Source: Elsinoe ampelina (taxonomy: Eukaryota). Taken from it: a stretch of DNA of 64,000 bases. This document shows positions 23,991-36,112 of the stretch, in pieces (position 1 is the first letter of the stretch; each line of letters starts with the position of its first letter). A program made the position numbers and the translations under genes. Below the pieces are notes generated by a model, which saw only the letters and a program-made list of their open reading frames with translations, was not told the origin of the DNA and did not search any database. The DNA is taken from contig ML992501.1 in the NCBI GenBank assembly GCA_010093995.1, positions 2,996,489 through 3,060,488 of the forward strand, in the 5' to 3' direction.

Positions 23991-25475
23991 ATGAGCACAA
24001 CAAAGCGACCTCGACAGCGTCGAACAGATGCTGACAGCAATACCGCTCTACCACCAGCAAAGCGCACAAAATTCGGCCGCGATGAACAGGACAAGCCCAC
24101 CAGCCTTGCTTTTCTCACCGACGAGCGGAAACGAGCAGGAAAGACCATCGAAGCAAAAACCACCAATGGCATCAACACAGCACGGATTGATAGAGCCGAC
24201 GAGTCTAAGCCTGCTGTATCCGGAGCAGATCAAGTAGATGACAGCGAAGACCTAGACGCAGCATCCGACGGAGAATCAGAGGTGTCGTCCTCAAGTGAGG
24301 CTCCAAGCTCTGAAAGTGATGTAGATGAGGACGAGGATGAAGATGTTCCAAAAACAAATGGACTGGACAAGCACGATGATCAGGAGATGGAGGATGTATC
24401 CGATACCGCAGACACTCAAGGCAAGCTGCCGAACAATGCACACAACGAGCTAGCACTTACGAATGGTGTCGGGCATGAGGAGGGTGAGCCAGATGCTGCT
24501 ACAGAACCCTCTTTTGGCGACATGTTGCAAGCAACACATCCTGAGGTCATTGACGTTGCAGCATCATTCAATGAATTGGTACCAAGCAAAGCCGTGGTAC
24601 CCGCCGACAATTCGAAAGTATTGCAAGCACCTTCGGCGACATCTCTTGGTACTGTGCTCACACAAGCTCTCCGAACGAATGACAAGGACCTTCTCGAATC
24701 TTGTCTGCAAACGAAAGACTTGGTCAGCATCAAATCCACCATCCAACGACTTCAATCACCCCTTGTCGCCACACTCATGCAAAAGCTTGCGGAACGATTA
24801 CACAAGCGACCGGGTAGAGCTGGACCATTAATGGTATGGGTGCAGTGGTCGCTGGTCACACATGGAGGTTACCTTGCAAGTCAGCCTCAAGTTGTCAGGA
24901 GACTGCGGTCTCTTCGCCAGGTCATCAGAGAGCGTGCAAATAGTTTACCGAGCCTGATCACTCTCAAAGGCAAACTAGATATGCTCAGCGCTCAGGTCGA
25001 GCTTCGGCGCAGCATGAAGGCTCAACGAGCTTACCAAGATGAGTCAGATGAGGACGAGGCTGACGTTGTCTATGTCGAAGGCGTCGACAACGATGAGTCA
25101 AGCTCCGAAGAGGACACCAATCTCGCAGTAGGAAAACGGAAAGTATTGACTACGGAAGAGTCTGGCGCGGTCAGCGATCTGGACATGGACGGAGATGTGC
25201 CTCTCATCAATGGTATTGATGATGACGCTGATATGCAGAGCATGGGAGAGGAGGACGAGGATGATCTAGAAGTTGGAAATGGTTTGATTGACGATGAAGC
25301 AGAGGAGTCTGAGAACGAGGAGAGCATGTCTTCAGAGGAGGATGCGAGTGGTAGCGAGAGTGACGAGGACGACGAAGCCGACGATTCGAGCAGTGACGAT
25401 GACGGTGTGGATGACATACCAGCCCCGGCTAAAGGTCGACCCATCAAGCGGAACGCACTCATTCGAAAGCGGTAG
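23991..25475 (+). CDS. UTP5: SSU processome component Utp5 (Utp12/Dip2 C-terminal domain)
   Basis: SLGTVLTQALRTNDKDLLESCL...TIQRL...W..W.L..HGGYL...L.GKLDML, with acidic flanks. Confidence 0.85.
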   Translation: MSTTKRPRQRRTDADSNTALPPAKRTKFGRDEQDKPTSLAFLTDERKRAGKTIEAKTTNGINTARIDRADESKPAVSGADQVDDSEDLDAASDGESEVSSSSEAPSSESDVDEDEDEDVPKTNGLDKHDDQEMEDVSDTADTQGKLPNNAHNELALTNGVGHEEGEPDAATEPSFGDMLQATHPEVIDVAASFNELVPSKAVVPADNSKVLQAPSATSLGTVLTQALRTNDKDLLESCLQTKDLVSIKSTIQRLQSPLVATLMQKLAERLHKRPGRAGPLMVWVQWSLVTHGGYLASQPQVVRRLRSLRQVIRERANSLPSLITLKGKLDMLSAQVELRRSMKAQRAYQDESDEDEADVVYVEGVDNDESSSEEDTNLAVGKRKVLTTEESGAVSDLDMDGDVPLINGIDDDADMQSMGEEDEDDLEVGNGLIDDEAEESENEESMSSEEDASGSESDEDDEADDSSSDDDGVDDIPAPAKGRPIKRNALIRKR

Positions 25476-26032
25476 ACACATCTATCCCAATCTGTTCATA
25501 CCTTCTTGGATACAAGATCGTCCTTTGTGTGCATGAGGACATGAGTGTACATGATACCCACGGACGATTCCGCATCGATTATCAGCATCCATAGACATCA
25601 GTCAGTCTCTGCATAGCTCTGATCCGGCGTTCAATTCAACTTTCAACATGCTATACCAACAGATTCACCCTATCCACCCGAGTATGCGTGGGTTGTTGTG
25701 AGTATCATCATTGACATCACAACAGGAACCTGTCTCCTTTGTCCGGCAGACAAGGCCTTGGTCTTCTCTTTGTGTCTTTAGCATTCGAGGTCCGTACTGA
25801 GACATATCGATCTCCTCAGAGCTTCAAGCGCTTTCACATGACAAAGGACTTCTTTCAACCCACGTGCAATTTCTTTACATCTTCTTTCCTCAACACCTTT
25901 CTTATAAACCATCTCACACCAGTCTTGTATTTCTTCCGTGTTTGCCTTTTCCCTCCTGGCCTGCTCACTATTCCACCAAGCTTGCTCAGGTCCAGTATCT
26001 GCGTCGACTTGTAGTTCCTGAAGAACTCGACA

Positions 26033-28426
26033 ATGATTGCTCCCCAACTCACTTTCACAAACACCGACAGAAACTTTCCAGCCCGCATTCGCGGACTCCA
26101 CCGCCTCGGACAGCAAGGTATTCGCCGTGCGATGACCTTTGCCCGCACCGACGCCATCCCTGCCGCACCAGACAACAACCTGCTTGGCGCCGACCTGGCC
26201 TCCGCCACCCGCCCAAGCTCACAGGCCAGCGTTCTCTCTCTCACATCAATCTCAGCCTGGAACAGGACTTCCATGCTGTCGACAAGCGAGGCTCAGAGCC
26301 TCAACATCGAGTACCGCCTCCATTGCCCCTCGACTCCTGCCTCGCCCCTGTCTTCCTTGAGCTCCGATGTATCATCCATCTCTACAATCGACGCATGCAT
26401 CACCGATGTCGACTCTGGTCGTCCAGATGCTGCGGCCTTTGAGGTGGCGAGCACCACCCACGGTCTAATTCCGCCCATGAAGCGGTTCGCCTTTCCGTCC
26501 CCAACACCACTCGCAAAGGAGCCGTGGCCAGTCTTTGTCGACCGTGTGCTTCAGGCAGAGGCTTGTCAGCCTATCGAATCCCGTCGCCTCTCGTCTTCCG
26601 AACTCATTAGCCCGACGAGCACATCCGACTCCGAGGATGAGATCAAGTCTGATGGTCCTTCCAAGTTTTCCGAGGAAGACTGGTTGGACATGGAGAAGGC
26701 GGTCTTGCAGGATGCACAAGCTGTCAATAAGACTCCCATAAAGCTTGTCAAGAAGGGTGAGGTCAAATTGGTCGATGTCTCAAAGCCAACATTCACACAC
26801 AAATTGATCACACCAACATACCAACGCAAGTCCTTCTCAACGTCCGAGCTCGCTGTCACCACTTCCATCATGGATGTCTTGGGCAAGATTGTGACAAGAT
26901 CAAGGTCTGCCAGCGGCCTCAAGCACGACTCTCTACCCTATCAGCCATACAGCCAGCCCTTTGACCCCTTCAATGAGAGCCCCATTTCTGACGGCGAGTC
27001 CCCTACCGGCTCATTGACCAAGGCTGAGCGCCGCAAGTGCTCCATCGTTCAGTCCAGCAGCAACATCGAGCTTCATCTTCCACCTTCATCAGAGGTCGTC
27101 GCAGCCAAGACCGAAAACATTACAATGCCCGGTGCAGCTGACATCAACAGAATGTCTTGGTTTGACGCCAGCGACTCGCACCCTGTGGTGGCACCTACTG
27201 CAGCTCTCGACCTAGAGACTGGTCTGCTGACCCGCAAGCTGACCAACGCCACCCCATCCACTCCGTCGCGTGTGGTTATGAACTCGGCTTTTCCCTTCTT
27301 CCCGCAGCAGAAGGTGACTCGTCCTGCCGAGGATACCCGCAGGCACTCTTGCCCTGTCCTTTGCACACCTGTCGCTGCTCCAGCAACCAAGGTGATCATC
27401 AATCCCAAGCCGGAGGTCATGTCAGCTGTTGCAGCTGTCAAGCGCCCGGCCGTCAACCGCCGCTACTCTGCCGACCTGACTACGGGTGTGATATCCCGCG
27501 TCGACACTATCGCCGCGCAACGCCAGCATCGAGCAGAGGTCCTCCGTACCGTCATGAACCAATCATACCCCATCTTCCTCAACCGCAACTCGATCAACAG
27601 CGTCCAGCTCGGTACCGCGCAGACAGCGATCCGTGCACGCCCTCGCTTGATCAAAGGCAAGCAGCCTCAATTCCACCGTCACAGCCTCCCCGTCATCCGC
27701 GAAGTAGCCACACCACCATCCACCTCGGCCGGCGAATCCTTCATCAGCAAGAGGAAGGACTCCTGCACCGACACCGAGACAACCCCAATCAAGGACCCCG
27801 CTCCCACCGTACCGGAAATCACCTTCACCGCCCCCTCCCTCACGGCGTCCAACTCCACCCGCAGCACAACCACTACCCCCGAAGCTGCCTCCCCTCCCAC
27901 CCGCACCGCTCTTCCCGACGAACCAGCCACCAAAATCGACACCCTCCTCGCCTCCACCGTCACCGCCCCAGTCCACCCCTCCACCGCTTCCGCCTCCATA
28001 GGCGACGCAATCGCCGCCTGCGCCCCCATCGTGCCCACCGGCCCATCCGGCTCGACGCCCCGCCCGCAACAGAAGAAACTGATCAAGCGCCGTCCTGTAT
28101 CCACCGTCCTTCCCACCGCCCCTTTCACCAACGGGAACCCTCTGCTCTCGACCAGTGAGAAAGGGCAGGATAAGCAGGGGAAGACTCATCACCCGTTGTC
28201 TTTTGCTTCGAGGATGGCGGGGAAGTCGAGCGTGGGTGCCAAGTCGAGCGTGGGAACGATCAACAAGCTGAGCAGCAAAAAGTCTCTTCGCGCTGCTGCT
28301 TCGGAGAGTGAGAAGGAGATGGCGCTCAGGGGCAAGGAGGCGCCGAGGTTGGTGCTGCGCGGTCAGGAGGGAGGGAGTGGAAGCTTCGAGGGGGAGGTTT
28401 GGGGGGAGTTGGAGGGGAGGATCTAG
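26033..28426 (+). CDS. Hypothetical Ser/Thr/Pro-rich, probably disordered protein (start may be 26132)
   Basis: 797-codon open frame with coding-like codon bias; no recognisable domain. Confidence 0.7.
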   Translation: MIAPQLTFTNTDRNFPARIRGLHRLGQQGIRRAMTFARTDAIPAAPDNNLLGADLASATRPSSQASVLSLTSISAWNRTSMLSTSEAQSLNIEYRLHCPSTPASPLSSLSSDVSSISTIDACITDVDSGRPDAAAFEVASTTHGLIPPMKRFAFPSPTPLAKEPWPVFVDRVLQAEACQPIESRRLSSSELISPTSTSDSEDEIKSDGPSKFSEEDWLDMEKAVLQDAQAVNKTPIKLVKKGEVKLVDVSKPTFTHKLITPTYQRKSFSTSELAVTTSIMDVLGKIVTRSRSASGLKHDSLPYQPYSQPFDPFNESPISDGESPTGSLTKAERRKCSIVQSSSNIELHLPPSSEVVAAKTENITMPGAADINRMSWFDASDSHPVVAPTAALDLETGLLTRKLTNATPSTPSRVVMNSAFPFFPQQKVTRPAEDTRRHSCPVLCTPVAAPATKVIINPKPEVMSAVAAVKRPAVNRRYSADLTTGVISRVDTIAAQRQHRAEVLRTVMNQSYPIFLNRNSINSVQLGTAQTAIRARPRLIKGKQPQFHRHSLPVIREVATPPSTSAGESFISKRKDSCTDTETTPIKDPAPTVPEITFTAPSLTASNSTRSTTTTPEAASPPTRTALPDEPATKIDTLLASTVTAPVHPSTASASIGDAIAACAPIVPTGPSGSTPRPQQKKLIKRRPVSTVLPTAPFTNGNPLLSTSEKGQDKQGKTHHPLSFASRMAGKSSVGAKSSVGTINKLSSKKSLRAAASESEKEMALRGKEAPRLVLRGQEGGSGSFEGEVWGELEGRI

Positions 28427-28949
28427 TTTCCCTACCAGAGACGGTTCGGGGGAAAGGTAGACGAGAGAGGTACGGGAGGGAGGATGGGGATTTGGACGAT
28501 TGATCGACTTGGTCGGAACTGAGTTGTTATGCACTAGCGCTGGCGCTGGTAGTGCTTGTAGGACGACCTTTCGGGTGGGATTTGCATTGCATAGCATGGA
28601 ACACCAACCTAGCCGGATTGGCTCTGTACGATGGGATGAAGCATATGAGGATATATACAGTCACATTTAGTAATGTAGGCTTGATTTGATGGTCATGAAT
28701 GAGATTGAATCCGATCTATAATAGCGTAACCGTGATGTGCCCACGCCCTTTGAGAACTGATCCGGAACTCCTTGCTCTTTCAGTGCTGAAATTGACTTGG
28801 TGTCCAACCATTCAAGATGGTTACGTCGCTTGCGCTATCCTTCTGTTTGCTGGTAGTATGCGTGGAGTTTCTGGCTCCCTGGCGTGACTGTCTCACGCTA
28901 TCTTCTCATCCCCCCTGTCTCTGCTCAAATGCTATGCTCTCTCCCATCC

Positions 28950-29819
28950 TCACACTGCCCTCCCGACCTTGTCCTTCCCAGCGGCTTCCTCTCTCGCCCT
29001 CCTCTTCTCCTCACTCTCCTCCACCCCCAAAACGTGCTTCGAATCCAACAAGTCCATCAGTGCCCTCCCCAACAAGTGCTCGCCCTCCTCATCCCCGACC
29101 TCCAGTTCCACCACTTCATGATTCGCGAAAAACACCGCCTCCTCATCCACGCGCAACACCTCGTCAAAGTGCTCCTGCGGCAAAAACGCAAGCTCGCTCC
29201 ACGCCATACCAGGAATATCGCTAGGGTACCGTGGGACAGGCAAGAATCGTCCATGGTCGAGACTAGTAGCCACGCGCTCATCGCCTTCGTATTTCATTTC
29301 TGCAATGCTGGGCCAGGGGGCAGTGAAGGGTCTAACTTGCTCTGCCTTTGGTGTCCAGATGGTTGACTCGGAGAGGACCATGCCGCGGCTTGGGTCGGAG
29401 AGGACACGGTCTTGGAAGGGGCCTAGGGAGTCGAGGGTGCGGCCGCGGCGGATGGCGTCGTCGGCGCGGACGGCGGAGTCTTGGGTTGTGGAGGCGGTCT
29501 TGCTGGCTAGCAGGTCGGTCCAGGCGGCGTCCATGATGATGCGCTGAGTGGCGGTGTCGAAGGCGCGGGGAAGGAAAGGAGAGTCTGGACAGAGGTGGTC
29601 GCGGGATTTGAGCACGCGGGTCCATTGCTCTTTTGCGACGACCGCTGGGGCTTTCCAGGATTTGGAGAAGGAGTGGGACATGATTGGAGATGTATGTGGT
29701 GCGTGTTTACTGCTGTGGGTTGACGAGCGAGATCGAGTGGTGTGCGAAGTTCGTGATTGTCGAGAGTGTTTATGTCGGCTCAAGACAGGAGAAGGAGGCT
29801 CGAAGTATATGATAGACAT
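28950..29819 (-). CDS. Hypothetical protein (start may be the MSHSF ATG near 29681)
   Basis: 289-codon ORF with an APWPS.AEMKYEGDER...RFLPVPR block that looks conserved. Confidence 0.65.
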   Translation of the reverse strand: MSIIYFEPPSPVLSRHKHSRQSRTSHTTRSRSSTHSSKHAPHTSPIMSHSFSKSWKAPAVVAKEQWTRVLKSRDHLCPDSPFLPRAFDTATQRIIMDAAWTDLLASKTASTTQDSAVRADDAIRRGRTLDSLGPFQDRVLSDPSRGMVLSESTIWTPKAEQVRPFTAPWPSIAEMKYEGDERVATSLDHGRFLPVPRYPSDIPGMAWSELAFLPQEHFDEVLRVDEEAVFFANHEVVELEVGDEEGEHLLGRALMDLLDSKHVLGVEESEEKRRAREEAAGKDKVGRAV

Positions 29820-31491
29820 CCTGTATTGATGTCGTGAATGAATGGGTATTGAGAATGCTGGCTCAATGTGATATCCGGGATTAATTGTCAGGTGGATGCT
29901 AAAGTCTTTGGTATTGCTGCCCGATTGTGATTGTTAAGGCGTCGTTTGTCCCAAGTCTGCACAATTGAGGTACAGCACAATTGTCAGGAAAGCGCGTGAA
30001 AGCGTTACTTCCCGAGCCACATTGCTAGATCCGAATTTAAGCGAGTGTGTATTGTTGTTCGGTGTTCAGAAACGGCGTGCTAGGTGTTATTGTGGTGCGC
30101 TGACAGAAGGCACATGTCCTTCATGTCAGCTGTCGCCTCTCGGCGCGACGAATGCCTGAGGAGTGACTCAAAGTGGCGGGATGATGTGATGGAATCTGTT
30201 CGATGATTGAATTTGATGAAGAGATGGAAATGATGCGCTCGGGCATGAGAAAAGAGAAGAGGAGGGGTGAGAGGGAGACAGGTCGCTACGCTGTACCTGT
30301 GAGGGTTACGCAGACGGCGATATTGGGGTTGCACGAATTCGGTCGGATGCGTGAAGTTGGAAGAATTCAGGAACTCTCCAGTAATGCTTGGGCACACAAG
30401 CTGTCATTGCTCACCACTGAAGAGCCGCTACACAGGATCAGTCGCCAACGAATCACATACGTGTCACACGCTTGTCGACTGTGCAAACAACCGCGAAGAA
30501 GGACGCCATCCTTGAGTGTGAGATCAGTATAACTACCCTTGGGGTGAAAGACCTGGCAGTCTCAGAATGTAGAGATGCTGCTGGAATAGCATCTTTCCCG
30601 ACTTCACATGTAGAAAAAGCAGCATCAGCAAACGTCGTCGTCGACAATGTGGAAAGCCCAACCTAAGGCACGTGCCACATCTTGGCGCGTCGATCGATCT
30701 CGATGACATCAGAAAATTGCGGGAAGAACAAGAAAATGTGGCTAGTGCGTTGTGTGGCGCCAGTGTTCGGGTCCTCGCACAAAACTACGCCCTTTCGCTC
30801 TCGATTGAACTCTGCGGGCAACTCCTCTGGCATATCCAGACCTTCTCTCGGGATTGCGTCCCATATGCCAGAGGAGGGGCCTCGTCAACTTGGGGCTCGA
30901 CCCATTTGGAGAAGCGACACATATTCCCTGCACCGCCATTTGTGCCTGCGATAGCCGAAGCACGAAATGGACTTCCGTCGCGGCCTTTGTCCTGGACAAA
31001 CCGCGACGGGCGCGTACAAAATCTACCATAGAGGACCGACAAGCACTTCCTCACGTGGTAGCAGGGAGAAAATAGAACCGGTCGATTGTTCGACATTCTT
31101 TGAGTCTTGACCAGCAACGAAGCAATGATTGGCTGCTTCGGCGGCCGCCCGACTGTCTTGCGGCGCTTAACCAAACCTCTGGTTTCAAGATCCCGGACAA
31201 CAAAGGTTTCCTCACCTGCGACAATGGAATCGACTGGCTATCGTGGAAAGAGTCCGTGTCAGGACAAAGATACACAATGGCTAGGCTTCTTTCACGAGCG
31301 GCGTCTGCCATTCGCATTGGTACGTGCCGTCCTCTCCCTTGTGATATTCCATCACTCCCACACTATTCACTATACCACATCTCTTTGTCTATTTCCCTAC
31401 CATTTCGTATACACACTCGCATCATTCATGGCGTTACTTTGAACCATCTTGCATTCCCACATTTGCTTCATCTAATACACCTTCATCAACC

Positions 31492-33891
31492 ATGACGAAC
31501 ATTCCTAATCTGCTGGTCAGACACTTTCCACAATTCCGGTCTATGCCATCTGCACAGAACCAACAACAGTCCTTTCCGATCGCGCCTCCTACTTCTTCCG
31601 CTGGCGGTCATGAGATGCGCGACTACTACGCTGCTCGTGATGTACCACGACCTTTTTTCCTTCCATCATCACAAACCACACCCTATCTCGGTCTGAGAGC
31701 ACGTCTCTCACAAGTATGGATCAATCGATGGACCATCCTACTACTACTTGTCCTGATTAGGACTCTTCTGGCGATTGCAAGCCTTGACGACAATCTGGAC
31801 TCTGCTCGCGACAAGGCACTCTCGGCGTGCACAAGCGTCGAAAATGTGGGTAGCGCAATGGCGAGCATGCCACACTATTTATCTGGAGGAGTCAACTCTC
31901 TTACAGCCGATGGTATTGACAAGGCCGTCAATGGTCTCATGCATATGCTCACCCTTAGCGTCACTGGCGTCCAAGAAATGGTTGTCTTCATCATCAATCT
32001 CCTCATCTCCACCTATGTCTGCTTGATCACCTTTGCTGTAGGCGGCAGTCTCCATGTTGCGATCGAAGTGGCAGAAACTGTCGGCGATTTCCTCAACTCA
32101 ACAGCAAAGGAGGTCGGTCAAGATTTGGCAAAGGCGGCCGATGGGTTTCAGAATACCGTCAATAGTTTTCTAAATGGTGTCGACAACATTGGCGACTTCT
32201 TCACTGGCAAGGATACACCACCACCCAAAATCGACTTGACGGAACAAATCAACAGGTTGAACTCTCTTCAACTTCCCGCAGGATACGACGCAGGCCTCGC
32301 CAAACTCAACGACTCGATACCTACATTCAAAGAAGTTCAGAATTTTACCAACAATGCCATTCGCTTGCCTTTTCAAGAGGTCAAGAAGTTGCTCAACGAG
32401 TCGCTTCCCAACTACAGGATGAACCGATCCATGTTCCCAGTACCTCAAAAGGAGCAGCTCACTTTCTGTTCCGACAGCAATGGCATTAACGACTTCTTCG
32501 ACAATCTCATCGAGATCGAACAGATCGCTCGCAAGATTTTCTTGGGTGTTCTGATCGCGGCTGCGATCCTTGTCTGCATTCCTATGGCTTATCGCGAAAT
32601 TCGACGATGGCGTCTTATGGAGGAGAGAGCGGCTCTTGTCAAGAAGGAGGCAGTGGACAACATGGATGCCGTGTACCTCGTGTCACGTCCATACACTTCA
32701 AGCGCTGGCTTGACGCTGGCCAGCAAGTGCGCTTCGCCTCGCCGCAAAGCTGCTGTTCGCTGGTCGGTCGCTTATGCCACAACCGTCCCTGCTCTCTTCG
32801 TTCTCTCTCTGGCCATCGCAGGTCTACTTGGCTGCCTATGTCAATTCATCCTTCTCAAGACTATTGAGAAAGAGGTACCAGGACTGACTAATCAAGTCGG
32901 TGCCTTTGCAGACAAGGTCGTCTTCCAGCTCAACAATGCCTCCCAGCAATGGGCTGTCGGCACCAACGATATTATCAACTCCACGAATGCCAAAATCAAT
33001 GAGGACGTCTTTGGCTGGGTCAATACCACCACTGGCGCAATGAACGATACTCTCAATACATTCGTGGACGGCATGATGAAAGGCCTCAATGTCACTTTTG
33101 GTGGAACACCTCTTTACGACCCTGTGCTGGAAGTCCTCAACTGTCTCGTGTTGCTCAAGGTCCAAGGCATATCCAAGGCACTTACCTGGGTAAGCGACAA
33201 CGCTTACATCAGCTTCCCTGAAATGCCTGTCGATACCTTTTCCTTGGGTGCGCTGGATAGCATGAGCGAGAATGGCAACAATTCTTTACTCGCCACTGGT
33301 CCCGCCTCAGGAGCCACTGACGAGATTTCCGAAGCCGTTCTCAAAGTTACTCGAAAGCTGTACAGCGCAATTCGTGAAGAAGCCATCATCTCGACTTGCA
33401 TCCTCCTGATCTGGTTCATCATTGTCCTCATCGGCGTCATTCGTTCAGCCTTCTTGCTACTTAAAGGTGGCGATCTGAATTCGAACAGCCCGATTCAACC
33501 ACAACACAAGCAGGACCTTGATGGGTTTTCCCCGTCGGATGACAAGAATATCGCCATGACGCAACGACCTAGCTACGAGCATGGTACTGCCAGATCAGTT
33601 GACTCGGACGACACCAAGTACTACGGACAAGCCTATACCACCTCGCCAAACCCAATACCCACGTTTCAATTTGACCGACCTGCATCGCCAATCATCAATC
33701 CACCCTACCCTCACGACGAAAAGGTTGGAAGAGTAGGTGTTCAGAATGTGGAATCTGTCACGCACCGCCCAGAACACGCCCGGGCAAGTAGCTACGGCAA
33801 TCTTGCCGTCACCACTCCCATCGACCCATCACCTCAGACCAAGATATTTTACCAACCCGGATCGCGAGATCCATTTGCCGACCCTCGGTGA
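31492..33891 (+). CDS. PRM1: Plasma-membrane fusion protein Prm1 (start 31492 or 31543)
   Basis: TPYLGLRARLSQVWINRWT, C..VE..GS.MASMPHY, STY.CL, DVFGWVN.TT, CL...K; several TM segments and N-glycosylation sites. Confidence 0.93.
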   Translation: MTNIPNLLVRHFPQFRSMPSAQNQQQSFPIAPPTSSAGGHEMRDYYAARDVPRPFFLPSSQTTPYLGLRARLSQVWINRWTILLLLVLIRTLLAIASLDDNLDSARDKALSACTSVENVGSAMASMPHYLSGGVNSLTADGIDKAVNGLMHMLTLSVTGVQEMVVFIINLLISTYVCLITFAVGGSLHVAIEVAETVGDFLNSTAKEVGQDLAKAADGFQNTVNSFLNGVDNIGDFFTGKDTPPPKIDLTEQINRLNSLQLPAGYDAGLAKLNDSIPTFKEVQNFTNNAIRLPFQEVKKLLNESLPNYRMNRSMFPVPQKEQLTFCSDSNGINDFFDNLIEIEQIARKIFLGVLIAAAILVCIPMAYREIRRWRLMEERAALVKKEAVDNMDAVYLVSRPYTSSAGLTLASKCASPRRKAAVRWSVAYATTVPALFVLSLAIAGLLGCLCQFILLKTIEKEVPGLTNQVGAFADKVVFQLNNASQQWAVGTNDIINSTNAKINEDVFGWVNTTTGAMNDTLNTFVDGMMKGLNVTFGGTPLYDPVLEVLNCLVLLKVQGISKALTWVSDNAYISFPEMPVDTFSLGALDSMSENGNNSLLATGPASGATDEISEAVLKVTRKLYSAIREEAIISTCILLIWFIIVLIGVIRSAFLLLKGGDLNSNSPIQPQHKQDLDGFSPSDDKNIAMTQRPSYEHGTARSVDSDDTKYYGQAYTTSPNPIPTFQFDRPASPIINPPYPHDEKVGRVGVQNVESVTHRPEHARASSYGNLAVTTPIDPSPQTKIFYQPGSRDPFADPR

Positions 33892-34782
33892 TGAGCCCTG
33901 CTCTCCCGTCTCGGCATCTCGTCGGCCGCGAAAGCGATCGACAACCTCAGTGATGATGACTGAGAAACCTGCGTTGTGCTCTACTCACTCGGGTCTACGC
34001 TCTCCGCTGCAAAGTGATTGAGAAGCTAGCTCAGTATGTTTCGGCACTCCTAGTCCCATCCCTCCCGCTTCTCTGTTGATTCAGCACTCACCACCTTTGA
34101 TACCGCCCTCTGCGTTTGTCACTTTGTCCTCGCCCTGTATGCTCTGCCTTGTGGCTTGCCCGGCCAGCATACAGCCCCGAGATGCCGACTTGACTTGCGA
34201 TGAGCCCGATGAACTCTGGTTGGCGACTGGCTTGATCATCATGAGCCGGACATATGGGACATGACCGTTCATTCCTCGACACGGCGCCTGTCATTCTCTT
34301 GACGGGATGTGATTCGAAAGCGATCAGATAACGAGCGTTGAAGGAGAATGCGCTGCGTGCGACTGATGCAAGGATAGTTTTGATTTCTAGCAGTTCTGCT
34401 TTTGTGGATGTCGCAGAGGAGGGATCATAGCATACTGCAGCTAGAGACCTTAGACAGAATAATTGACCCGGGTCGCTTCTTCCATGATTTCCCAAAACTT
34501 CGTCAAGTGAATGGTCTTCCAAGTCCAAGCAATGAAACTCCGGTGGGTTGACCTTCGAGACGAGTCGGCATGATCCGGCTAAATTCCGAAAGCTCCGCAG
34601 TCGGAGAAGCTTCCATTCACAAGCTGTGACGGAGCAAGGACCCCAGATTTAAATTTCAAGCTAACATCAAGGTACAGCTGTTTCGCAGGACAACGCCGAC
34701 TCATCACCTTTGACATCTCACACATATCTCAGATTCCACCAATCGTCTCGGTACTCATCAATTGCCCTCTTCTTCCTTCACC

Positions 34783-36112
34783 ATGCTCTCAACCGCATCT
34801 CGCGCCGCTCTGCGGCAGACTCAGACTCTCGCCCTCCGAGGTCAAGCTATCCGCGCTGCCTCGGTATGGGCAAACGTCCAGCAAGGTCCACCAGATGCTA
34901 TTCTGGGTATCACAGAAGCCTTCAAAGCCGACAAGAACTCCGAAAAGATCAACCTCGGAGTCGGCGCGTACCGTGATGACCAGGGAAAGCCATACGTCCT
35001 CCCTTCAGTCAAGTCAGCAGAGTCAAAGGTCGTTCAGGGTAACCTCGACAAGGAATACGCTGGCATCACCGGTGTACCAGACTTCACTAAGGCGGCTGCT
35101 ATCCTCGCCTATGGAGCCGATTCATCTGCCATCAAGGATGGTCGCGTCGCCATCACCCAATCTATCTCCGGGACTGGCGCTCTCAGAATAGGCGGAGAGT
35201 TCCTCGCACGATTCCACCCAAGCAAGAGCATCTACATCCCCACACCATCATGGGCGAACCACAAGGCAGTCTTCACAGATTCTGGCCTCAAGGTGGAGCA
35301 GTACAGGTACTACAATAAGGAGACGATTGGTCTGGATTTTGAGGGCATGGTCGAGGACATTAAGAAGATGCCAAAGAACAGCATTGTGCTTCTGCACGCA
35401 TGCGCACACAACCCGACTGGTGTCGACCCAACAGAAGAGCAGTGGAGGGCCATCTCCGATGCTGTCAAGGAGGGAGGTCACTACCCCTTCTTCGACATGG
35501 CTTACCAGGGATTCGCTAGCGGTGACACAGACAAGGACGCATACGCTCTTCGCTATTTCATCAAGGAGGGCCACGAGGTTGCTCTGAGCCAAAGTTTCGC
35601 AAAGAACATGGTAAGCTTTGCCTCCTCTGTAGCCTTTCTCATCATCGCTAACGTCTCACCAGGGTCTCTACGGCGAGCGCGTTGGCGCCTTCTCCATTGT
35701 CTGCGCCGACTCTTCAGAAAAGGCCCGCGTCGACTCGCAGATCAAGATTCTCGTCCGTCCACTCTACTCCAACCCACCCGTTCACGGAGCCCGCATCGCC
35801 AGCACCATCCTCAACGACCCCTCGCTGAACAAGCAATGGCTGGGTGAAGTCAAGGGCATGGCAGATCGTATCATCAAGATGCGGGCTCTGCTCAAGGGCA
35901 ACCTCGAGAAGCTCGGCAGCAAGCACGATTGGAGCCACATCACGGATCAGATCGGCATGTTCGCCTACACGGGATTGACGCCGGAGCAGATGACTACGCT
36001 GGCCAAGGAGCATTCGGTGTACGCGACCAAGGATGGACGTATCAGTGTTGCAGGCATCACATCCGCAAACGTGGGGAGGTTGGCAGAGGCGATTTACAAG
36101 GTCAAGGGTTAG
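34783..36112 (+). CDS. AAT1: Mitochondrial aspartate aminotransferase; intron 35611-35662
   Basis: Presequence, [27 protein letters not shown], spliced SFAKNMGLYGER (PLP lysine), QIGMF, DGRIS. Confidence 0.95.

Noticed and set aside
28223..28254. 14-bp direct repeat AAGTCGAGCGTGGG, two copies
   Set aside because: Small in-frame coding duplication (KSSVG twice), not an array.
27563..28597. 344-aa minus-strand ORF and similar long antisense ORFs (e.g. 45397-46050, 16875-17600)
   Set aside because: Shadows of real genes in high-GC skewed sequence; Gly/Pro low-complexity with no motifs.
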